Shown here in pieces: positions 57,357-64,000 of a DNA stretch of 64,000 bases. A program made the position numbers and the translations under genes. Position 1 is the stretch's first letter. Every line of letters starts with the position of its first letter. The notes beneath the pieces are model-generated. The model was not told the origin of the DNA. It saw only the letters and a program-made list of their open reading frames with translations, and searched no databases. This DNA is from Flavobacteriaceae bacterium (lineage in GTDB: Bacteria; Bacteroidota; Bacteroidia; UKL13-3), in NCBI GenBank assembly GCA_009693575.1, contig SHWZ01000001.1, positions 26,095 to 90,094 on the forward strand, written 5' to 3'.

Positions 57357-58088
57357 ATGAAAGCAAAAATAAAACTACTACTACACCGTTTGATAGGCTT
57401 TGAGCGATTTCTATATTGGTTCTCATTGTTCAAAATATTCACCCTTAAGAGTGATAGGAAAGAAAAAGATCTATTTCTATTTTTGAGTAAAATAAAAGCG
57501 AAACATGATGGGGTCTTACTTGATATTGGGGCAAATATTGGAGTTACTTCAACAATTATGGCAAAAAATACAGTAGTGCCTATTCATGCCTTTGAGCCAC
57601 TGCCGCTTAACATCCGTATCTTGAAAAAAGTACTGAAACGGATGAAGCTAGAGGATAGAATAATTCTTCACGAAACAGCTTTGGGTAATTACCATGGCAC
57701 TTGTGAAATGGTGCTTCCTATAGTAGAGAATGTGTCAATGCATGGACTCAGCCATGTGGTAGACCCAAGCATTACCGAGTTTAATACTGGAGAGAAAACC
57801 GCTCAGATACCTATTGATAAATTAGACAATATATTTCCATCGCAAAAAATCGCAGGTATCAAATTAGACGTGGAGAACTTTGAACACGAAGTATTAAAAG
57901 GAGCTGAGCAATTGTTGAGGGCACAACATCCAATTATCTATACCGAACTTTGGGACAACGAAAACCGACAGCTGTGTTTTTCGTTTCTTCGTGGTTTGGG
58001 ATATACTTCCTTCTACAACGAAAAAGGCAAACTGAAAGCATTTGAAGCCAACGAATGTGTTGGCCAAACGTTTTTGTTTGTTCAATAA
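57357..58088 (+). CDS. FkbM family methyltransferase
   Basis: Start MKAKIKLLL at 57357; the tool ORF extends upstream into the giant gene. SAM-binding LLDIGANIGVTS motif typical of FkbM_dom. Confidence 0.65.
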   Translation: MKAKIKLLLHRLIGFERFLYWFSLFKIFTLKSDRKEKDLFLFLSKIKAKHDGVLLDIGANIGVTSTIMAKNTVVPIHAFEPLPLNIRILKKVLKRMKLEDRIILHETALGNYHGTCEMVLPIVENVSMHGLSHVVDPSITEFNTGEKTAQIPIDKLDNIFPSQKIAGIKLDVENFEHEVLKGAEQLLRAQHPIIYTELWDNENRQLCFSFLRGLGYTSFYNEKGKLKAFEANECVGQTFLFVQ

Positions 58089-58095
58089 GTAGTAA

Positions 58096-58659
58096 CTAAA
58101 CATCTTTATATTTAAAACACTCGGTCAGGTGATCGTTCACTAGGCCAGCAGCTTGCATGTAGGCGTAACATATAGTTGCTCCTACGAATTTGAAACCCCT
58201 CTTGTATAGGTCCTTGCTCATTGCTTCAGATTCTGTAGTTGATACAGGCACATCCTGCATAGTCTTTCGTTTACTATTCAGTGTTCTGTTTTTTGTAAAC
58301 AGCCAAATGTATGCATCGAAAGTGCCAAACTCTTTTTGGATGGCCATGAATGCTTGAGCATTGCTTATCGTGCTTCGAATTTTTAGTTTGTTGCGAATGA
58401 TCCCGATGTCAAGCATTAATCGTTCGAAATCAGTCTCGCTGAACTCGGCTACCTTTTTTACATCGAAGTTGGCGAATGCTGTTTTAAAACCTGCCCTGCG
58501 ATGAAGGATTGTTTTCCAGCTTAGCCCTGCCTGAAAAGTATCAAGCACAATGATCTCAAAGTGCTTTTTATCATGATGAACGGGTACACCCCATTCGGTG
58601 TCGTGGTAGTCCATCATCTGCTGATCACCTAGGCACCAGTTGCATCGTGTCTTTTCCAT
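58096..58659 (-). CDS. tag: DNA-3-methyladenine glycosylase I
   Basis: RCNWCLGDQQMMDYHDTEWGVPVHHDKKHFEIIVLDTFQAGLSW is the classic Tag N-terminus with Zn-binding Cys/His. Confidence 0.85.
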   Translation of the reverse strand: MEKTRCNWCLGDQQMMDYHDTEWGVPVHHDKKHFEIIVLDTFQAGLSWKTILHRRAGFKTAFANFDVKKVAEFSETDFERLMLDIGIIRNKLKIRSTISNAQAFMAIQKEFGTFDAYIWLFTKNRTLNSKRKTMQDVPVSTTESEAMSKDLYKRGFKFVGATICYAYMQAAGLVNDHLTECFKYKDV

Positions 58660-58662
58660 GTG

Positions 58663-59307
58663 TTAAATTTTTTCGCCGAAACTAAGGTCCCCGGCATCAC
58701 CCAGTCCGGGAATGATGTATGAATGCTCGTCCAATTTCTCATCGATAGCTGCTATCCAAAGTTTTGCTTCTGGCAAATGTTGATTTATATAAGCTACACC
58801 TTCTGGGCTACCTATCACACAAAGCAAATGAAGTTCCTCGGGTGTGCCATTTTTGTATAATGCTTTACAGGCTTCTACCAGCGATTTCCCTGTGGCCAAC
58901 ATAGGGTCGGCCACTATTAGGCATTTGCCTTCTAACCTAGGACAAGCTACATAGCCAAGTTCTATTTCAAAACTGTTGTCGGCCCGATGTGCCCCTCTTG
59001 CGGCACCTACAAATGCAGCTTCCGAAGTATTAAATATTTTCAAGACTCCTTGAAGCAAAGGCATTCCAGCACGAAGTATGGTCGCACATACGATTTCGTT
59101 TTTTGGCAGGTTCACATTGGCAATGCCCAGCGGAGTGTGTATTCCTTTTTCGTAATAAGTCAGCGTTTTGGAAAGCTCGAATGCTAACAACGAGCCCAGA
59201 AGTTCGAGGTTAGTCCTAAACTTCATGCGGTCCTGCTGCTGCTTGGTGTCACGTAGCTCGGCCAGAAACTGGTTAGCAATAGTGTTGTAATGGTTTAGTA
59301 CAAACAT
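58663..59307 (-). CDS. upp: Uracil phosphoribosyltransferase
   Basis: ILRAGMPLL and YIIPGLGDAGD motifs. Likely start MFVLNHYN; the tool ORF begins 26 codons upstream. Confidence 0.85.
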   Translation of the reverse strand: MFVLNHYNTIANQFLAELRDTKQQQDRMKFRTNLELLGSLLAFELSKTLTYYEKGIHTPLGIANVNLPKNEIVCATILRAGMPLLQGVLKIFNTSEAAFVGAARGAHRADNSFEIELGYVACPRLEGKCLIVADPMLATGKSLVEACKALYKNGTPEELHLLCVIGSPEGVAYINQHLPEAKLWIAAIDEKLDEHSYIIPGLGDAGDLSFGEKI

Positions 59308-59664
59308 GAGGCAAAGATGCGAGGGGTTAAGAGTTAGGAGTTTCTGTTTTCTAGTTCCTAGTCTGGAGTTGTCGCCCCGAGCCAAGTCGAGGAGTTTATA
59401 GTTTGTTGGAAAACTGAAAGGCTCTGAGTTTTGAATGAAAGTTCAAGATTAGAGAATGGAATTGATAATTGGCAGCATTGTTGAAACACCATTTCACATG
59501 AAATCCCGCATCTTATTTTCTACTTTAGCTCTCGCTTTGTTGCTTTTCATTGAAAGTTGTTGCTGCGGCAATGGACTTGGCTCCTCCAACAAACAAGCTC
59601 CTAAAAAGAAAGAACGCACAGAAACTTGTGCCCGCTTCTGATATTTTGAATAGTAATCCTCAAA

Positions 59665-60285
59665 TTGTCAAAAACCTTTTTTTGGGCTAGTAGATTTTAT
59701 GGCTTTAATTGCAACCTACAAAGTCAAAGCCGGATGCTTCAAACTTTACCCTCACAAAAGCTTCACCACCTTAAATTACTGGTGATATTGGTTGGAATGC
59801 TTATGATGGCAATTCCTAAACAGGCCTTCTGTCAGGAACTTGACTATGGCATCCATGCTAAATATATTTACTATTTTACAAAATATGTGGATTGGCCCGC
59901 TGATAGAAAAACAGGACCATTCATCATTGGAATTATCGGCAACCCTGATTTATTTGAGCAACTTACCAAAGTGACAGAATCAAAGAAAGTACGGAATCAG
60001 CAAATAATTGTGATAAACCTCACGGCTGAAACTGACCCTAGCAATTGCAATATATTATTTATCGGCAGAATTCAATCAAAACTTATCGATAACTATTTGC
60101 TAAGGATAGGAGGTAGGCCAGTTTTGATTGTTGGAGAAAAACAAGGATTTGCAAAAAAGGGAGCTGACATCAACTTCACTATCAGGGATGAAATGCTGCG
60201 TTTTGAAATGAACGTGGGAAACTGCAAAAGCAAAGGGTTAAAGGTGGCGGGCGAACTCGAAAAATTATCGTATAGAATTGACTAG
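59665..60285 (+). CDS. DUF4154/YfiR-like periplasmic protein
   Basis: Signal peptide. GPFIIGIIGNPDLFEQL...NCNILFIGRIQSKL...PVLIVGEKQGFAKKGADINF is typical of YfiR-family proteins. Confidence 0.55.
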   Translation: MSKTFFWASRFYGFNCNLQSQSRMLQTLPSQKLHHLKLLVILVGMLMMAIPKQAFCQELDYGIHAKYIYYFTKYVDWPADRKTGPFIIGIIGNPDLFEQLTKVTESKKVRNQQIIVINLTAETDPSNCNILFIGRIQSKLIDNYLLRIGGRPVLIVGEKQGFAKKGADINFTIRDEMLRFEMNVGNCKSKGLKVAGELEKLSYRID

Positions 60286-60288
60286 CAA

Positions 60289-62256
60289 ATGAAATTCACG
60301 ATATTACCATTAACACTCTTTTTAATGTTTCCACTATTGGTCAATGGTCAGCAGGATACCTCAAAGAAGGACCTAGACGGCATGAGCCTGCTCGACCTTA
60401 TGAAGGAAAAACTAAAATTTACGATGAAGTCAGAGCAGGATACGAAAGATAATCTCAATTTGCTTACAACCCTTTATGGCAAAGACATTAGAAATTCAGG
60501 TGTAAGAGATTTGATAGATGTGTTGCGTCTAGTGCCAGGTATCTATTTTGCCTACGATCTTGATAATGTAGTGAGTATTGGGATACGCGGTAATTGGGCT
60601 CAGGAGGGAAAAGTACTTTTACTTATCGACAATCAAGAAGTTAATGAAAGCAGCTATGGTAATTTGGTGTTCAATAACCACTACCCGGTTGACAATATTG
60701 AGCGGATAGATATAATTCGAGGACCAGCATCAGCCCAATATGGCGGGAATGCAAGTATGGCAGTCATCCACATTATTACTCGTAAAGGCAGCGAAATAAG
60801 TGGAATGAAAGCAACTTTTACTTCGGGGCAATACGACTCGGCTAATGCAAGGCGGTCGCTGGAGGTGATGGCTGGTGGGATGACACTTGACAGTACCGAA
60901 TGGAGCATTCAAGGTTATGCAGCTTCTGGAAATATGAGCACCCGAACTAGCTTTAACGGAAAAGACACGGTGAGCTATTTGGGAAACTCCGGTTTTAAGA
61001 ATGCTTTCGGCCTTATCAAGGTTACCACTAAATCTGGTTGGCATTTCCGCAGCCTGTTGGATGCTTATCAAGCCCGAGCTACCATCAAAGAAAATGACTT
61101 GTACTTTCGCTCTGGTCAATACAGCCTTCGAAAAGACAAAAAGGTTAACAAGTTTCTAACCATTTCGCCACGCCTTATCCTCCGAACACAAAGCCCTTGG
61201 AATTGGGCATCTGCTCCATTGAACTGGAGCAATTGTCGCAACCGACGCATTACTGCACTGCTAACAGGCAGCTATCTGCGACCCTTCAAAAAGGGCGAAT
61301 CGGAGACCTTCTTTGGGTTGGAATACTTCAATGATTTTGCAAAGTTCAACGATACAGTTAATAGTGTCGCAAAAGAGCAAAGGATAAGCTATAACAACTA
61401 TTCACTGTTTTTGCACGAAGCATTTTACACTAAAAAGTACATTCTTCAAGGTGGCTTTAGGGTAGAGAGACACACTCTTTATGGGCCTGTGTTTGTGCCT
61501 AGAATTTCGCTTTCATACAAGCTGAAAAAGTATATTAACACAAAATTAATTTACACTCGAGCCTTTCGTGCCCCTGCCATTCTAACCCTTTACTATGGAA
61601 GTGCAACCACTGCATTAATACCTGAAAAGATTAGAAACATTGAAGGCGAAATTTCTTACGAAAAGAAGAAGGGTAATTTTGTAAAATTTTCAGCTTATCA
61701 GGTTTTTGTAAATGGCCCTATTGTGTACTCCCAAAATGGTTTTACGGATGTGGATGAATACATGAACAAAACAAGAACAGGCAGTTACGGGGCTGAAGCT
61801 GAATTGAGATATGCCGGAGTAGGTTATAGCTTTTATGCTTCCTATACATACGCCCATCAATACCGCAACGAGGTGGATAATTTTAAGGTAGTTGTTGGAA
61901 GTGATAGTAGCCGCATCATGCTGGCTATGCCGTTGCACAAGGTGGCAGCAAGTTTTCATTATCAACTGAATAAGCAGCTTGCGGCCAACGTGAACTGCCT
62001 TTTTGAATCGCATAAGTATGGCTACGCAGAAGACTCAGCCATACGTTTTTTTCAACCAATATTGCTGGCCAATGTCGCCTTGAACTATTGTGGCAATGAT
62101 GGAAGGTTTGAAGCCTCGGTGAGTGTGGCCGACCTTTTCAACCAGAAATACAATTACGTTCAGGCCTACAATTCAGCATATGGAAGCCTACCCGGAGCAG
62201 GGCGGGAGCTGTTAATTAGATTAAGAGTAAATTTGAGAAAGAACGCAAAATATTGA
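60289..62256 (+). CDS. TonB-dependent outer-membrane receptor (short, 655 aa)
   Basis: Signal peptide MKFTILPLTLFLMFPLLVNGQ. Plug-domain motif NIERIDIIRGPASAQYGGNA. Beta-barrel-type C-terminus. Confidence 0.7.
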   Translation: MKFTILPLTLFLMFPLLVNGQQDTSKKDLDGMSLLDLMKEKLKFTMKSEQDTKDNLNLLTTLYGKDIRNSGVRDLIDVLRLVPGIYFAYDLDNVVSIGIRGNWAQEGKVLLLIDNQEVNESSYGNLVFNNHYPVDNIERIDIIRGPASAQYGGNASMAVIHIITRKGSEISGMKATFTSGQYDSANARRSLEVMAGGMTLDSTEWSIQGYAASGNMSTRTSFNGKDTVSYLGNSGFKNAFGLIKVTTKSGWHFRSLLDAYQARATIKENDLYFRSGQYSLRKDKKVNKFLTISPRLILRTQSPWNWASAPLNWSNCRNRRITALLTGSYLRPFKKGESETFFGLEYFNDFAKFNDTVNSVAKEQRISYNNYSLFLHEAFYTKKYILQGGFRVERHTLYGPVFVPRISLSYKLKKYINTKLIYTRAFRAPAILTLYYGSATTALIPEKIRNIEGEISYEKKKGNFVKFSAYQVFVNGPIVYSQNGFTDVDEYMNKTRTGSYGAEAELRYAGVGYSFYASYTYAHQYRNEVDNFKVVVGSDSSRIMLAMPLHKVAASFHYQLNKQLAANVNCLFESHKYGYAEDSAIRFFQPILLANVALNYCGNDGRFEASVSVADLFNQKYNYVQAYNSAYGSLPGAGRELLIRLRVNLRKNAKY

Positions 62257-62279
62257 AATGTCCGTATCTTGCAGGTTAA

Positions 62280-64000
62280 TTGAAAGGCATTAGATTCAAT
62301 ATCAGTACCCAGATATTTCTGGGATTTATCACGTTGATAATTCTATTGATTATCAATGCTGTGGTCAGTTTTATGACCTTGAAAGAGAACACAAATCTGT
62401 CATCAGAAATAGCTACTGTAATTGCTCCTTCGCAAAAAGCGATGGAGGATTTTACGAAGTTGGTAATCGAATCTAAGATGCTTGCTACCAATTGGGTATT
62501 CTTACGCGATAAGCAGAGCGACAAAGAAGCCTTGATTGAAATTCATACTCGCCGGTATCCTGAAATCAGAAATCGCATTAAGAACCTAATGCCTGAATGG
62601 GAAAACCGAAGTATGGTGAACGAAATGAATGTTTTGTTCAAAAATTTTGAAATAGTAGTGAATTTGGAAAAGAATATCATGTCGGCCTTGGCAGAATTTG
62701 AAGACTATGATAATGGACAACTTAAGTTTGAAAGTGAGGGATATTTGGAAGATAATGATGTAAATGTATTGAAGATTTCGGATGAAATGATGCTGAGTGC
62801 TAATCATCTAAAAGAGATGAAGGGGCAGGAGTTTTTGGATTACGAAAAGCTGTTGATGGAATCTCAAAAAAACCTACGCTATAGCATCGTAGGTTTGTCC
62901 ATTATTCTTAGCTTTCTTGGGCTAGCCTTCGCTTTTTACATGTCGAACCTTATTACCAAACCTATTGTGCATCTTGGTTATGTAATAAATAGCCTTGGCC
63001 GAGGCGAACTGATGAAACCCGACCTTAAAATTCAGAAAAACGAAATAGGTCAGATGATACAATCGGTGATAAACCTGACCGATTCGCTAAAAAAGACCAC
63101 TGAATTTGCCAATGATATAGGTAAACGAAACTTCGATGTAGAATATGAACCCCTTAGCCCCAAAGATGATTTGGGATATGCTCTGATAGCGATGAGGGAT
63201 AATTTGAAAATAAGTGAGAAAAGCTTGATAAAAGCCAAGGAAGAAGCGGAAGGAGCAGTGGCTGCTAAGAGCCAGTTCTTGGGCAATATGAGTCATGAGA
63301 TTCGAACCCCGATGAACGCCATTATCGGGCTAACGGAATTACTGTTGCAAGAGCCCTACCTCACCGAGAAGCAATGGGAAAATCTCAAGTCTATCAAGCT
63401 TTCTGCTGAGAACCTGTTGGAGATAATTAACGACATTCTTGATATTTCGAAAATAGATTCCGGCAAGTTGAATATACAGATAATAGACTTCAATCTGCGT
63501 GACATAGTGAGTCAAGCAGTAAAGATTGCTGGTATTAAAGCTAAGGAAAAAAACCTCTACATCAATTTTATGGTGGCCGAGCAAATACCAGCTTGGCTCA
63601 AAGGCGATTCGGTGAGACTGAACCAAATACTTCTGAACTTGGTTGACAATGCAGTAAAATTTACAGACAACGGTTTTGTGAAGGTGAAAGTATCTGTGCT
63701 TAATCAGGATTATACCAGTAACAACATACGCCTGCTGTTTGAGGTTATTGATACTGGTATAGGTATACCCAGCGATCAGCACCAATTAATTTTTGAAAGT
63801 TTCAAACAACTAAAAGATGACCATGCACGCAAATGGGGCGGCACAGGTCTCGGCCTTTCCATTACTCGCAAACTGATTGAACTGATGAGTGGCAAGATCA
63901 AACTTGAAAGTGCTATTGGAAAAGGATCTCGTTTCTATTTCGAACTCAATTTTGACATGCCACCACAAGGCATGCAGGGTGGCACCATTATTCCAATGCA
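62280..64000 (+). CDS. Sensor histidine kinase (2 TM + periplasmic domain + HisKA + HATPase_c). Apparent +1 frameshift at a GGG run near 63238-63241; 3' end beyond the window
   Basis: Not in the supplied ORF track. Frame A (TTG at 62280 to TAA at 63267-63269) encodes TM1 [17 protein letters not shown], a periplasmic domain, TM2 [19 protein letters not shown] and a HAMP-like linker. Frame B, shifted by one base, continues [29 protein letters not shown] (H-box), then the N-box [11 protein letters not shown] and the G-boxes DTGIGIP and [19 protein letters not shown]. It has no stop before position 64000. Confidence 0.7.
   Translation, partial: MKGIRFNISTQIFLGFITLIILLIINAVVSFMTLKENTNLSSEIATVIAPSQKAMEDFTKLVIESKMLATNWVFLRDKQSDKEALIEIHTRRYPEIRNRIKNLMPEWENRSMVNEMNVLFKNFEIVVNLEKNIMSALAEFEDYDNGQLKFESEGYLEDNDVNVLKISDEMMLSANHLKEMKGQEFLDYEKLLMESQKNLRYSIVGLSIILSFLGLAFAFYMSNLITKPIVHLGYVINSLGRGELMKPDLKIQKNEIGQMIQSVINLTDSLKKTTEFANDIGKRNFDVEYEPLSPKDDLGYALIAMRDNLKISEKSLIKAKEEAEGAVAAKSQFLGNMSHEIRTPMNAIIGLTELLLQEPYLTEKQWENLKSIKLSAENLLEIINDILDISKIDSGKLNIQIIDFNLRDIVSQAVKIAGIKAKEKNLYINFMVAEQIPAWLKGDSVRLNQILLNLVDNAVKFTDNGFVKVKVSVLNQDYTSNNIRLLFEVIDTGIGIPSDQHQLIFESFKQLKDDHARKWGGTGLGLSITRKLIELMSGKIKLESAIGKGSRFYFELNFDMPPQGMQGGTIIPM

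Noticed and set aside
63296-63312. tRNA T-loop-like GGTTCGAACCCC-type string (gagattcgaaccccgatg)
   Set aside because: It lies inside the histidine kinase H-box codons (HEIRTPMN) with no acceptor or anticodon arms. No tRNA genes were found in this window.
1-64000. Search for CRISPR arrays, IS elements, integrases, phage or defence islands
   Set aside because: No direct-repeat/spacer arrays, transposase or integrase-like ORFs or inverted terminal repeats were seen. The window appears to be core chromosome.

Overview
This 64 kb window looks like chromosomal DNA from a Bacteroidota-type organism, roughly 40% GC. The assignment rests on T9SS C-terminal sorting domains, GEVED/PKD/DUF5011 giant cargo proteins, an OmpA-TPR-PD40 protein, a histone H1-like KAAPKK-repeat protein, a heptosyltransferase and HldE-domain-I genes. 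It is densely coding and mostly housekeeping (pfkA, dapF, hpt, upp, tag, rnhA, rsmE, corA, rluB-like, an aspartate-family aminotransferase, enoyl-CoA hydratase, polyprenyl synthase, threonine aldolase), with no phage, IS or CRISPR content. The most notable system is a tight four-gene inorganic-carbon operon on the + strand: a SulP/STAS anion transporter, a cytoplasmic beta-carbonic anhydrase, DabA (DUF2309) and DabB (NuoL/MrpA-like). Together these read as an energy-coupled CO2 hydration/bicarbonate accumulation module. Other non-routine items are listed below.
- RNase P RNA (rnpB), unannotated and covered by spurious ORFs.
- A 206-aa histone H1-like protein with an AT-rich 490-bp leader.
- A sensor histidine kinase at the window end that is missing from the ORF track and carries an apparent +1 frameshift in a GGG run.
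- An NTF2/SnoaL-like gene split by an in-frame TAA.
- A DUF4154(YfiR-like)-TonB receptor-histidine kinase cluster.
- A GNAT-nitrilase fusion protein.
- Two large T9SS cargo proteins (803 aa and 1952 aa).
All calls come from reading the translated ORFs and the DNA by eye; no database searches were run.
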